From the IMG/VR virus record IMGVR_UViG_3300012953_000013, positions 96,001-160,000 of that record: a DNA stretch of 64,000 nucleotides. The stretch is one strand, 5' to 3'. The notes under the pieces were generated by a model that was not told where the DNA came from, did not search any database, and saw nothing but the letters and a program-made list of their open reading frames with translations. The stretch comes from a virus. The translations under genes were made by a program, and so were the position numbers. Within the stretch, counting starts at the first letter, position 1, and the number at the start of each line of letters is the position of its first letter. Positions 37,531-47,729 of this stretch are shown in pieces.

Positions 37531-37537
37531 TAATTAT
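37531..37537 (-). promoter_or_regulatory. late-type promoter ATAATTA (tail tube)
   Basis: Recurrent motif. Confidence 0.55.
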
Positions 37538-37557
37538 TAAGCTTAGCATGTTAGTTA

Positions 37558-40500
37558 CTAAATCTCCGTACCATTATTGGTAACAACAAAGTCCAGAGAG
37601 ATAAATTCGATAGATCTCGTTGGTTGTAAGAAGATCTTACCTCTGATTGTATTGTTTTCCACGTCTGCCTGAGTGGTGGTTGTGGTATCAATAATAACTT
37701 TGAATCTATCAAGTCCCTGCTGCTGCTGGATTCTAGTAAGAACTGGATTAACTGCAGCTGAGAATCTTGCCAGTGTATCCTCTCGATTAGGCTCGAATAG
37801 GAATGTATCTGCGATTCTTCTAACTTTTCTACGAATGTCGATCAGTAGACGTCTTACGTTAACTCTATCAAGCGATGAAGCTGCTGCAAGAAGTGTTTTC
37901 TGGCCGAATACAACGACCCCAGCCGAAGTTGGGAATTTTGTGATTGGGTTAACATCGGCATCATAGAGAGAATCTAGATTTCCTCTACTCAAGTTAACCG
38001 TCGTTTGGACTACTCTCTTTAGAGCACCTCTAGTAAAACCAGCTGGTGCAAACCAAGGATAAGCAACCTTATCATTATGTGCGAAGGCTCCAAGTACTGC
38101 TACTGAAGGCGCGCACCTTACATTGGTGTTGGTACCAGGGTCTGTAACTAATACGTCTGGGAAGTAAGCAGCTCCAAAAGAACTGTCCATTACCCTAGAC
38201 TTAAAGTCATCAACCGTGTTACCAACGCTGACATTTTGAAGATTGGATGCGGTAACTACATTATTGAGAGCATCTCTTTCTTCGATATCCATAATGTATA
38301 TCGCGTCGAATCTCTCTTCCGTCTTAGTCAAGGCGTAATCAGTTACCTTAGTTTCCCTAATGCCTGGGATAGCAAGAATCTGTACGTCAACGTCGGACTT
38401 TTCAGCCATAACATCTAAGGCCTTCATGTAAGTCTTAACCGTTGGACCATCAGCTTGCCCCTGATTTTCATCATCCATTTCTCTAACACATGCAAGGTTC
38501 GAAAGTGATGATTTCTCTTTATCAAAGATATTAACACCGTTGAATCCACCCTGCACTGGGAATGTGAATTTCAAGAATTTTGTAGAAGCTGGATCGCTAA
38601 AGTCCTTAGCAACATCCAAAAATCTTCCCTGGTCTTCAGTTCCGTCTTCTTTTCTCATAGCAGAAGCTAATTTGCCAGTTCTTCTATATTGAGCAAATGC
38701 CCACTCTTTAGAATCAACGACATCAGAAACCGACTTAGTATGAATCTGGATTCTTTCCATCGTGAAGACGTTATTGTTGAACCTATCAGAATCTAATACT
38801 GTTCCTTCAACATCTACTGCACCACGGTTATCTCCAACCCAAGAAGCTCTGTTGACTGTCTGGAAGTGAGAATAATATCTTGAGAATGATAAAGCGCCGT
38901 CTCCAACATTGGAGCTCTTGTTTGGCTCATTCCAAGAAACCAAGTTTTCAAACTGGAATCCCCACGGAAGTCTAGAATTAACTTCTCTAGATGGGTCGGT
39001 ACCCAAAGAAATATTTCTTCGAAGAACATTTGGTGGCTCTACTATGCTCTGCATGGCAGCAGCTGAAATATATCCTTCATCTACGTCGCCATCTTCATTT
39101 ACGCAAGGGGTACATGCATCACCAGTAAAGATCTCAGACCCTGAGGTTACTAAGTGGTAAGGACCAGAATATCCAACTGGAAGAGCTGAATTGTCTATGT
39201 TTCTATTGGTAACGTCTGAATGCATTTCAACTCTAATAAGTCTCGATACGTTAGGATGAGTACCTTCAACAACCACTCTCTGGTTTCCAGCCATTTTATC
39301 AAAATCGTAATAAATGTTATAGTCACCAATTCTTCTTGCGATGTAGTTATCAGATCCTGGGTCTAAATTGACTCCTGGGAATACTTCTAATGCAGCATCT
39401 TCACTAGGCGGAACTCCGTCTGGTGGATATATTCTCTTAACGAGAACATCGAAAGATCCAAACGAGTTATCTAGTTTTCCATTTTTAAGATTATCAATCT
39501 GAATTCTAAAGTCTTCGCTACCATTCTTTCCGTCATCTAAAGCATGAATCTTGAAAAGAGTTTTGCTGTTAGCGCCGAATTTTTGAGATGTAACCCATGG
39601 AGAGAATGCTGTTCTGAATCTGTCCTGGAATCCTTCAAAGTTTGGTACCGTTGCTGAACCAGCATTTCTATCAAGCGAGCTAGTCATTAAGAATGCGATT
39701 GGCTCCATATTTGAACCTGTTGGAACCCAATCTGCACCACCAGCTAAAATACCCGATCCAGTTACTACTGCAACGTTTGGATGGATTGGATAATAGTTGT
39801 AAAGCAGGTGACCGGCTTCTTGAATCTTAAGTGGATCAGTATTTAAAATGTTTGGCAAGTATGTCGGATTCAAAGGAGAAAGCGACGCGGTTACTCTGTT
39901 TGGATATGCTTCAGTATCAATATGCCCGTTAAGCAACATGGTGAACTGATAATTGGAAGTACTAGAAATATTAACGTTTCCAATCCAACCTCCAGCTCCA
40001 GTTCCTTGATCATCAGCAGCATCAGACCCCGGTTCATTACTAGCGTAAGATCCACTTAGAGAAGCAATAACTCCTGACGGAGTCATGATTACTCCGAGGA
40101 GAATCGGGTGTGCTAATCCTTCACTAAAGTCTCCCGTTCCTCCAGCTAAACTATCGGCAACTCCACCAGCAGATGGAATTGCAATTGCTCCGCCGCCATC
40201 TACAACTTCTGCAAGATCTATGCTGTTTCCAATTGTACCAGTGGTATCCGCAGTTAAATCAGTATCACCAATTACAGTACCCTCGGCAGCGGTTAAACTA
40301 TCAATACCGTTTGTTGCACCATCAGCAAAGTCAGCTCCATAAGTTGCAACTGAAGCATCGGCCGTTCCATTAATAGCAGCTCTAAGATTGGTGGCTGATG
40401 TAGCTGTATCAGATTCAGCAAGTACATGAATTTGATTAGTTCCACCAGCTGCTCCGATTGGATCTGCCTTAAAAATAATTCTAACGGTTCCACCAGCACC

Positions 40501-41136
40501 ACCGAAATCACTACCATAACCAGCGGGTATAACAACTGTAATTTCATCATCTGGAGCAGGAATTCCAGTTAAGCCAATAGCATCATCTAAAGATGCAGCT
40601 TCTCCTGCTGTTACTTGAGTATCCTGAATTCCAGAATCGCTGAGGAATGTACTCCCATTTGATTCTGAAAGGAAAGCACCAAGCATGTAGGTTCTACCAA
40701 GAGGGGTTGAATCGCCTCCTGCTACTGCATATGGGTTGTCTCCGACAAATCCGTTTCCACCAACTAGCCGTTGGCCAACGGTAAAACCAGCGTTTTTAAC
40801 TCCGCCAGCCTCAATCGAATTTCCATCTGCATCAGCCGTTCCAGCTGTTGACCTTTTAACTCCTGTACCGACTCCGAGCACTCGAAGGAATGTTCCCGAT
40901 CGAGAATTCTTCATCCACTCGTACATTGCCAGTGGTCCAAGTTTCTGTCCATCAGTAGCACCAAAAATTGCTACAAAGTCTTGCCAGGTCGCCACAGTCT
41001 GGGGTACGAATGCAGGACCTTGTAGCGAAGTGCCGATGACACCTGCTGGAGTCCCCTGCGGTTTGATCGCTGTGGGTCCTGACAGATCAATTTCTGTTGT
41101 GCCTACCCCGGGGCTTCTAAATGTAAGTTCTGCCAT
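37558..41136 (-). CDS. tail sheath protein, paralogue 2, with inserted domain
   Basis: FRSPGV, WFAPAGFTRG, VVFGQKTL, LDRVNVRRLL, LFEPN, PTRSIEFI. Confidence 0.93.
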   Translation of the reverse strand: MAELTFRSPGVGTTEIDLSGPTAIKPQGTPAGVIGTSLQGPAFVPQTVATWQDFVAIFGATDGQKLGPLAMYEWMKNSRSGTFLRVLGVGTGVKRSTAGTADADGNSIEAGGVKNAGFTVGQRLVGGNGFVGDNPYAVAGGDSTPLGRTYMLGAFLSESNGSTFLSDSGIQDTQVTAGEAASLDDAIGLTGIPAPDDEITVVIPAGYGSDFGGAGGTVRIIFKADPIGAAGGTNQIHVLAESDTATSATNLRAAINGTADASVATYGADFADGATNGIDSLTAAEGTVIGDTDLTADTTGTIGNSIDLAEVVDGGGAIAIPSAGGVADSLAGGTGDFSEGLAHPILLGVIMTPSGVIASLSGSYASNEPGSDAADDQGTGAGGWIGNVNISSTSNYQFTMLLNGHIDTEAYPNRVTASLSPLNPTYLPNILNTDPLKIQEAGHLLYNYYPIHPNVAVVTGSGILAGGADWVPTGSNMEPIAFLMTSSLDRNAGSATVPNFEGFQDRFRTAFSPWVTSQKFGANSKTLFKIHALDDGKNGSEDFRIQIDNLKNGKLDNSFGSFDVLVKRIYPPDGVPPSEDAALEVFPGVNLDPGSDNYIARRIGDYNIYYDFDKMAGNQRVVVEGTHPNVSRLIRVEMHSDVTNRNIDNSALPVGYSGPYHLVTSGSEIFTGDACTPCVNEDGDVDEGYISAAAMQSIVEPPNVLRRNISLGTDPSREVNSRLPWGFQFENLVSWNEPNKSSNVGDGALSFSRYYSHFQTVNRASWVGDNRGAVDVEGTVLDSDRFNNNVFTMERIQIHTKSVSDVVDSKEWAFAQYRRTGKLASAMRKEDGTEDQGRFLDVAKDFSDPASTKFLKFTFPVQGGFNGVNIFDKEKSSLSNLACVREMDDENQGQADGPTVKTYMKALDVMAEKSDVDVQILAIPGIRETKVTDYALTKTEERFDAIYIMDIEERDALNNVVTASNLQNVSVGNTVDDFKSRVMDSSFGAAYFPDVLVTDPGTNTNVRCAPSVAVLGAFAHNDKVAYPWFAPAGFTRGALKRVVQTTVNLSRGNLDSLYDADVNPITKFPTSAGVVVFGQKTLLAAASSLDRVNVRRLLIDIRRKVRRIADTFLFEPNREDTLARFSAAVNPVLTRIQQQQGLDRFKVIIDTTTTTQADVENNTIRGKIFLQPTRSIEFISLDFVVTNNGTEI

Positions 41137-41170
41137 TATTTTCTCCTAATATCTATCAGATACTTATTCA

Positions 41171-44100
41171 CTACACGAACAATACGCCGCTATTTGTTAT
41201 AATAAAATCAATTGCGATAAATTCGATTGATCTCGTTGGTACAACAACAATTCTTCCGTTAAGCCTATTTTGTTCCACATCGTCTGTAGTATTATTAGTA
41301 CTGTCACAGACAACCGCGAACTTTTCAATACCCTGTTGGGATTGAACTAAGGCTAAGATTGGAGCAATCTGTCCAACAAACCTCTGTCTTGTTGCTGGCG
41401 TGTTAGGTTCAAAAAGAAGTTTATCTGCAATTTGAACAACGAGCCTCTTCACTTCTAAGAGCATTCTTCGAACATTAACTCTATCTAGTGCCGACTTGGC
41501 TTTTTGTAGAGTTTTCTGACCGAATATTACGAATCCGCCCTGCGGGAAGTTAGCAATTGGGTTAATTCTAGCATCATAGAGAGTATCTCTATCAGCTGTA
41601 CTTAATCTTACTTCAGTGTTAACCACGGTACCTAAAGAACCACGATTGAATCCTGCTGGAGCAAACCATGGATATGCAACCTGGTCATTATAACCAAGAG
41701 CTCCATAAGCCACTACAGAAGAGGGAACCCTAACGTTCATATTATTGATAGGATCAGAAATATAAACGTCTGGATAGTAAGTTGCTGCGTAGTTATTATC
41801 AAACCCGCGTCCCTCAAACTGCTCTGCGGTTTCTCTAGGGTTGCTAAATGCATCTGAGTCATCGAAAAGTCTGTTTTCATCTTCGTCATATTGCTGAATA
41901 TCCATTACGAACATTGCCATCGAATAATCTTGATTTAATCTTGCAGCGTGATCTGTAACGAATGGATCTCTAATTCCTGGTATAGCTAACAAGTTTGTGT
42001 TAACTATCATTGGATCTGTCATTATTTCGCATGCTTTTCTGTATGAGAAAATAACGTTATTAAGAGATCCAGCACCCATCATTGTGCCGTCATCAGTACC
42101 TGCTAATCCAAGTCCTCCCGTGAAATCTGAACCAGCTTTTCCACCAGCATCGGTAGAAGCCGCTCTATCTCTCATTAGCCTAATATCTTTATCAAGAATG
42201 TTCAGCCCATCAAAACCTCCATAGAAAAGGTTGGTAAACTTAGCATAGTTTGTAAATCTATTAAACTTAATAGAGCTTGATTGTATTAACGATGCGAACG
42301 TAAGCCTATTACCCCACCCAAGCGGATCAGGAATCGTGTAATCGCTTCCATCTGGCTCTCCATCTCTTAAGTAGAAAGCCTGCATCATGTGCTCATTAGC
42401 TGAGCCTGTTATCGTATTAAGACTAACCTCGGTATTGGTCAAGGCAACCTTTGCTAGCGTAAACTTGTTATTATTGAATACGTCAGCGCCTGTGCCTGAT
42501 ACCAGGTTGTCACATTTTTGAATACCATTAAATCTTGTGTATGCATTAACGAGAGGGTTGAATACTCCACCAGCATTTGGATCTAGTGTTGGTGTTGCTA
42601 TTCCAGAAGTACTGTAAGAAGAACTAAGTGGAATTCTAGCAGTCATTGTTCCCCAATATAGTCTTGGGTCAATGCGCTCATTTTCACCAACTTGACCCTG
42701 GTATGTCAAATCGCTTGATTTTGTTTTTCCTCTAGTAACCTTGCAGCGGAATGGAAGTGGAGGAACAACAGCACCTGTTAACAATAGAGCCATTTCTTGG
42801 TCATCGTTTTCTCCACCCGACATCATTCTCTGGTTACCAGCTTCTTCAGTTGTAACAACTTTTCCATTGGCGGTTAGACCAGTGAACCAATCTGTAAGAG
42901 TATCATTTGTCTTTAAGACTGGCATGCCTCGGAATCCGAATGGCATAGAAGTTGCAGGAACCTGTTTTCTATATACCGCATCATTGACAATAACTCTGAT
43001 GTTAGCTGACTTGTTTGGATATTTTCCAGAAACGACTAGTCGTCTTTCTGCAGGATCCTCAGCATCAAAGTCATATTTTGCTTTCATGTCACCGATTTGC
43101 TTTCCAATGAACCTATCACTATTTGGATCTAAAGATAGATTCGGGAATGTTTCTACAAATTCTTTTGACGTATCTAGATCGTGAAGTTTTCTAACTTCTA
43201 CGTTAAATGTTCCGTATTGGTCGTTTTCATCAGTAGAAGCGACCAAGTTGCTAATGGATATTTTTAGTTGCTCATTAGCATAAGCTCCATCACTGAGAGC
43301 TTCAAAATAGAATAGATCGTGCTCTTGAGTTCCGAACGGCTGCGATATGAAATCGGTAGTTCTCGGAGTTGTATATCTCGTATCGAATCTACCAAAAGAA
43401 TCTACCCAATCATCTCCAAGCCCAACAGCATTTTCTACTGACGACCCTGAAATAATTCCAATAGAATTATCCCTCCAGCTCACTGGAGCTAGCTCATCTT
43501 CGACTGCGTAGTCTAAATAAAGGATATGGTTTGATTCTTCAAATAAGTCTGGTTCTGAGTTTAGTGACTTCCCAATATAATGCGCACTGGCCGGATTCAA
43601 AGAAGCTGTATAGATTCTTAGTCCCGGAACGTTATCATCATTTCCCCATGCTTGACCAGCAGAAGAAGAAACAATAAATTTGAACGTCTGGAACTGAGCA
43701 TTGGTATCAGCTTTTGCAGTATTATCTACCGTCATCTGCGTAGCTAAACACTTCGTAGACGTTGATCCTCCAACCCATGAAGCATCGATATGCTGGTCAT
43801 AACTTGCGATCAAAGACCTAGATCCCGTAGAGTTCAAAATAACTCCGCGGACAAGGTTTACTGTGTTCTCAGCAGCTTCTCCGAAATCATCATCTCTAGT
43901 AGAAAGGTCAGGATAACTCTTGTTTGACGTAAACAGCGGAAATCCAACGCCCTCTTCAGATGCTGACACATAATGTGCAGCAACCAAAAATTGCACAGCA
44001 CCCTGTGCGGTTGGATGAGCGTCTGCTGCATCTCCGCAAGCCTGTGATGTTACTCTAAATCCTGCGTTTTTTACGATTCCATAAGAGACAGTATTACTCA

Positions 44101-44389
44101 TATCGGTAGAAGTAGCATTAGCTCCTGCACCGAGTACTCTTGTGTATGTTACTGCATCTTTATGTTTTAAATATTCTCTAACTGCGTAGGGTCCGAATCT
44201 ATCGGGGTCAAGAGTTCCGAATCTTGTTTCGAAATCTGCGAAAGATCCCACTGATACCGGAACAAATGCAGGCCCTTTTTCTGCAGTACCAATAACTCCT
44301 GCAGGAGTTCCGAGCGGGGATTTCTGTCTCTGTGAAAGATCGATTTCCTGCTCAAAAAATCCTGGAGATCGGAATGTTTGTTCTGCCAT
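41171..44389 (-). CDS. tail sheath protein, paralogue 1
   Basis: FRSPGF, WFAPAGFNRG, IFGQKTL, LDRVNVRRML, LFEPN, PTRSIEFI. Confidence 0.93.
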   Translation of the reverse strand: MAEQTFRSPGFFEQEIDLSQRQKSPLGTPAGVIGTAEKGPAFVPVSVGSFADFETRFGTLDPDRFGPYAVREYLKHKDAVTYTRVLGAGANATSTDMSNTVSYGIVKNAGFRVTSQACGDAADAHPTAQGAVQFLVAAHYVSASEEGVGFPLFTSNKSYPDLSTRDDDFGEAAENTVNLVRGVILNSTGSRSLIASYDQHIDASWVGGSTSTKCLATQMTVDNTAKADTNAQFQTFKFIVSSSAGQAWGNDDNVPGLRIYTASLNPASAHYIGKSLNSEPDLFEESNHILYLDYAVEDELAPVSWRDNSIGIISGSSVENAVGLGDDWVDSFGRFDTRYTTPRTTDFISQPFGTQEHDLFYFEALSDGAYANEQLKISISNLVASTDENDQYGTFNVEVRKLHDLDTSKEFVETFPNLSLDPNSDRFIGKQIGDMKAKYDFDAEDPAERRLVVSGKYPNKSANIRVIVNDAVYRKQVPATSMPFGFRGMPVLKTNDTLTDWFTGLTANGKVVTTEEAGNQRMMSGGENDDQEMALLLTGAVVPPLPFRCKVTRGKTKSSDLTYQGQVGENERIDPRLYWGTMTARIPLSSSYSTSGIATPTLDPNAGGVFNPLVNAYTRFNGIQKCDNLVSGTGADVFNNNKFTLAKVALTNTEVSLNTITGSANEHMMQAFYLRDGEPDGSDYTIPDPLGWGNRLTFASLIQSSSIKFNRFTNYAKFTNLFYGGFDGLNILDKDIRLMRDRAASTDAGGKAGSDFTGGLGLAGTDDGTMMGAGSLNNVIFSYRKACEIMTDPMIVNTNLLAIPGIRDPFVTDHAARLNQDYSMAMFVMDIQQYDEDENRLFDDSDAFSNPRETAEQFEGRGFDNNYAATYYPDVYISDPINNMNVRVPSSVVAYGALGYNDQVAYPWFAPAGFNRGSLGTVVNTEVRLSTADRDTLYDARINPIANFPQGGFVIFGQKTLQKAKSALDRVNVRRMLLEVKRLVVQIADKLLFEPNTPATRQRFVGQIAPILALVQSQQGIEKFAVVCDSTNNTTDDVEQNRLNGRIVVVPTRSIEFIAIDFIITNSGVLFV

Positions 44390-44423
44390 GTTTTATCTCC
44401 TCAAGCTCTTATGCTGTCTATAG

Positions 44424-44430
44424 TAAGTAT
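44424..44430 (-). promoter_or_regulatory. late-type promoter ATACTTA (sheath)
   Basis: Recurrent motif. Confidence 0.55.
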
Positions 44431-44449
44431 TAATGTTAAACTCAAAAAA

Positions 44450-45730
44450 TTATTTTGGTGTGAGTACTATTTCACCCAAATCAAAGGTTAATTGCTCCCT
44501 GTACACAGTTTCGCCCTTCCTTTGGTTCCTAGAAGTGATATTCAATCTCTGTTTCACCATTTCTCCGGTAACTTTATCACGATAAACTCTCTCAACTGTT
44601 AACGGTTCTCTCCCAGCTTGAGTACCACCGACTGTTGTCGTTTTGTAATACTCAGGGTCAGGAGTGACTGCGTGACCACCAATTACTGCTGCTGATCTAG
44701 GATCATCCATAGTTTTTAAATCCTGCAAAATATAGTCATCTGGATTTCCGCTTGGAATTCCTTCAACCTGTATTTGTTCTGGTATGGCTGATACTTCGGT
44801 CATGTCAAAAGTAATTTGCGGAGCAGAAATATATTTTCTAATTGCGCTTTCTCCACCCGGAAAGGTTGGATTCACTATATATCCTGTTACTTCCACTGTT
44901 ATTGTGTACTTAATTATTCTCTCATCGTCCGTGAATTCATCAAAATTTAATTCTGAACCTAAAGAATCACCAAAAAATGCTGTAAACCAATATCCTTTAT
45001 CAGTCTCGATCCTAAATGTCCTACCACCCTGACTGTGGTAAGAAGACATTATAGCATTTAAAACATCATTCATTTGTTGCATATATTGGGCCCAAAGAGT
45101 AACATCGTAAGTAGCTGTAAAATATTTTGGCGCTCTCATGGTGTAGATCTCATATATATTATTTCCAAGTTTATCAGAAATTAGTTTTCCAGATTGGAAA
45201 TCTTGAGATTCATCTCTTTTTGGTGCTCTTTTAGCTATTTCTCCAGGTTTAGTTCCATCGCCTTCAGATAAATTTGGATTGACGTTTGGTAAATAGTGGC
45301 CTGAAAAAGCGCGATCGTCTTGGTTTTCTAAATTTTCTTTATTTATTAAACGTTGATAAGATGGGTCTTTAGAAGAGAGTTTCTTCTTTATGGTTATATT
45401 ACCATTTTGATTTGTTCCCATCCCTCTAGTGGCATTCTGGGTTATCCCGCTTCTTAAAATAGACACTAGTGGTAAAATCAAAGCCCCTGCTTTATCTCTT
45501 AACGGCTTTCTTCTTCTTAAGACTGCAAATCTTTCGCCTGTCGCAAATATAACAGGTATTCTTTTAGAGTTTTTGTTATTTTCTTTGTAGAACAAGGGTA
45601 AATCTTCATTAAAAAGCTTAAACAAGGCTCTATCAACATCTTCTATTGTGCAAGATGGTACATGGAGATCTTCTCCATTAGAAGAACCTTCTGGATTTGC
45701 TTCGGGACTAGTTTGAAAATACGTAGACAT
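44450..45730 (-). CDS. tail terminator/completion protein (gp15-like)
   Basis: IPVIFATGERFA, LILPLVSILR, YDVTLWAQYMQQMN; position between neck and sheath. Confidence 0.7.
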   Translation of the reverse strand: MSTYFQTSPEANPEGSSNGEDLHVPSCTIEDVDRALFKLFNEDLPLFYKENNKNSKRIPVIFATGERFAVLRRRKPLRDKAGALILPLVSILRSGITQNATRGMGTNQNGNITIKKKLSSKDPSYQRLINKENLENQDDRAFSGHYLPNVNPNLSEGDGTKPGEIAKRAPKRDESQDFQSGKLISDKLGNNIYEIYTMRAPKYFTATYDVTLWAQYMQQMNDVLNAIMSSYHSQGGRTFRIETDKGYWFTAFFGDSLGSELNFDEFTDDERIIKYTITVEVTGYIVNPTFPGGESAIRKYISAPQITFDMTEVSAIPEQIQVEGIPSGNPDDYILQDLKTMDDPRSAAVIGGHAVTPDPEYYKTTTVGGTQAGREPLTVERVYRDKVTGEMVKQRLNITSRNQRKGETVYREQLTFDLGEIVLTPK

Positions 45731-46413
45731 TATCCCTCCCTTATCCCTTCATCTGCATAGAAAGAAGACGATACCCCAGAATCATCTCCGCGAGGCGAAA
45801 CTTCAGCTGGTTCATTAGATATAGGGGTATCTAGTTTTCCTTGCTGAATTAAAGCTCTGTTGTCTCCAGTCGGTCCAAGTCTATTCTCTTTAAATCCGCG
45901 CTGTTGAACAAAAACTTTTTGGGTTGCATCTTCGTCTGAATACCCTTCATCTGTTGGGCCGTGTGGAATCTTATTGATTAGGCCTTTTCGAGCTTGCTTA
46001 CAATCTAAAATAAATCCAGTGCTGTATTCCACTTGTCCATATATCGTAGAGTCTATTTTTGAAGTTAATATCTCAAAAAAGGTATCTCCATAAGAAACGA
46101 AATCGCCAGCTTCAACGTCAAGCTGCTTAAACATCACGTCTCTATACTGAAGCCAAACAGTTATCTTATTTTTTTGTTCTATACCAAACTTGTTAACTAC
46201 GACATCATCTTGATGCCACTCCACTCTAGCGTCTATTTCTACTGGTGGATTAAATACTTTTTCCTGCGCTTCTTCATAAACGTCGTGGACATCTGACAAG
46301 TCTTTTCTGACCTTATAATAATATACCTTTTGTCCGACAACATCTTTAATGATTTCTTGAGAAAGATCTGAAATTAAATCTAGTTCGCGAGGTGTTACAA
46401 AGAGTCTAGCCAT
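45730..46413 (-). CDS. neck/head-closure protein (gp14-like)
   Basis: DVYEEAQEKVFNPPVEI..VEW, KFGIE, GDFV; follows the gp13-like gene. Confidence 0.72.
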   Translation of the reverse strand: MARLFVTPRELDLISDLSQEIIKDVVGQKVYYYKVRKDLSDVHDVYEEAQEKVFNPPVEIDARVEWHQDDVVVNKFGIEQKNKITVWLQYRDVMFKQLDVEAGDFVSYGDTFFEILTSKIDSTIYGQVEYSTGFILDCKQARKGLINKIPHGPTDEGYSDEDATQKVFVQQRGFKENRLGPTGDNRALIQQGKLDTPISNEPAEVSPRGDDSGVSSSFYADEGIREG

Positions 46414-46417
46414 TTTT

Positions 46418-47587
46418 TTATCCTATCACTATGCATTTACCCATGGGTATTGGAATTGTTTTTAGAACTCGCTGGAGATTTTCTGCTTTAGTAGCTTCTC
46501 CCTCCACCATCTTCTCGTACGTTAAACTCTCTAACCATTCACTCATACTAGTTTTTAACTTTTCTTTATCCTCTCTTCCTTGCGTTACTAATGTTGATCC
46601 ATCTAACTGCAGATCTCCCCCAGGGATTGGAACGCTAGAAAACTTAGATCTAATCAACCCAAGAAGTTCTTTACAGTTAGCTAATGTGTAATCGAATATC
46701 CACTGTTTTCCCATACTATTAATAGTTGAATAGCTTATCCACCCAAATGGAACATTTGAGGGTCCCGCAACACCATGAATACTGGAATCATTATAAGCTG
46801 GGTCAAATGGATCAGAACCAAAGCCAACTCTAAACCAAAGCTTTTTTGGATCTGAAGAAGTTGGAGTTGGAAATATTCTTATTTGAGTGCCTTGCGTTCT
46901 ATAAGAGAAATTTGATCTTCTTACTCTATTAGACAAATCCATTTGTCCGCCGCGAAGAACATCTTCAAATACGGGTAGTACATAAAATACAGTCTCTGGA
47001 GTAAATGACTCAAAACTAAATTCGTTGTTTAAGTAATTTATTGCAGAGGTTGTATCGAAAAATCTATAAGCAGCCTGAGGGCTGAAATGATAGACTTCTA
47101 AAATCTTTAATTTTCCAGCGCCATTACCGTTTAAGCTAGACGAAAATATAAGGTTTCCACTTTCATCTTTAAGCGAACTATAGATATCGTAATCTTGCTG
47201 ATCTTTCTTTAATTGAATTGAACCAGAAACAGTATTATATGAACCACCAATTCCAGCTTCCTGAGAGTATGGTTCTGCTAGCCTTAAAATAAAGTCCATA
47301 GTTTCATGGGCATATTTCCCTTGAACGTTTGAACCTGTAGACATCCCCATAAGATTAGAAAGCTGTGATTTAGCTTGATATTCATTTATAAGAGTACCAT
47401 ATTCCATGGACGACTCTTCAAAACAAGCCCAAATCTGTTTCTTAGTCAATTCAACTGATAGAATATCATCGCCCAGCTTTCTTTTTACATAAGTGACTAA
47501 AGAATCAGCGTCTTGTTGAAAGTCTGAATCGTCGTCAAATATACCAAAAGGTGTTGGTTTTAAAGTTTTATAAAAAGCTGTTGCCAT
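46418..47587 (-). CDS. neck/head-tail adaptor protein (gp13-like)
   Basis: YVKRKLG..VEL..QI, YTLANCKELLG.IRSKF, GGDLQLDG. Confidence 0.82.
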   Translation of the reverse strand: MATAFYKTLKPTPFGIFDDDSDFQQDADSLVTYVKRKLGDDILSVELTKKQIWACFEESSMEYGTLINEYQAKSQLSNLMGMSTGSNVQGKYAHETMDFILRLAEPYSQEAGIGGSYNTVSGSIQLKKDQQDYDIYSSLKDESGNLIFSSSLNGNGAGKLKILEVYHFSPQAAYRFFDTTSAINYLNNEFSFESFTPETVFYVLPVFEDVLRGGQMDLSNRVRRSNFSYRTQGTQIRIFPTPTSSDPKKLWFRVGFGSDPFDPAYNDSSIHGVAGPSNVPFGWISYSTINSMGKQWIFDYTLANCKELLGLIRSKFSSVPIPGGDLQLDGSTLVTQGREDKEKLKTSMSEWLESLTYEKMVEGEATKAENLQRVLKTIPIPMGKCIVIG

Positions 47588-47613
47588 TTAGATACTCCAA
47601 TGAATCTCCTAAC

Positions 47614-47620
47614 TAAATAT
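47614..47620 (-). promoter_or_regulatory. late-type promoter ATATTTA (neck)
   Basis: Recurrent motif. Confidence 0.55.
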
Positions 47621-47729
47621 AAAAGAAGATCCGTTAAATTCTTGGGTATCTAAATGAAGGCTTTGCCCTAGGGAAGATGCGCGTGTGATTTTTACAATAG
47701 AATTTGAGAATTATTTTTTGAAATTATTT

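Noticed and set aside
41160-41166. ATACTTA on the plus strand between the sheath genes (antisense promoter)
   Set aside because: A single 7-mer in AT-rich DNA that overlaps a stop codon region; chance is likely.
47640-47729. CCCTAGGG palindrome and GC-richer patch after the tubulin gene as an ncRNA or pac site
   Set aside because: No extended pairing or repeat supports a call.
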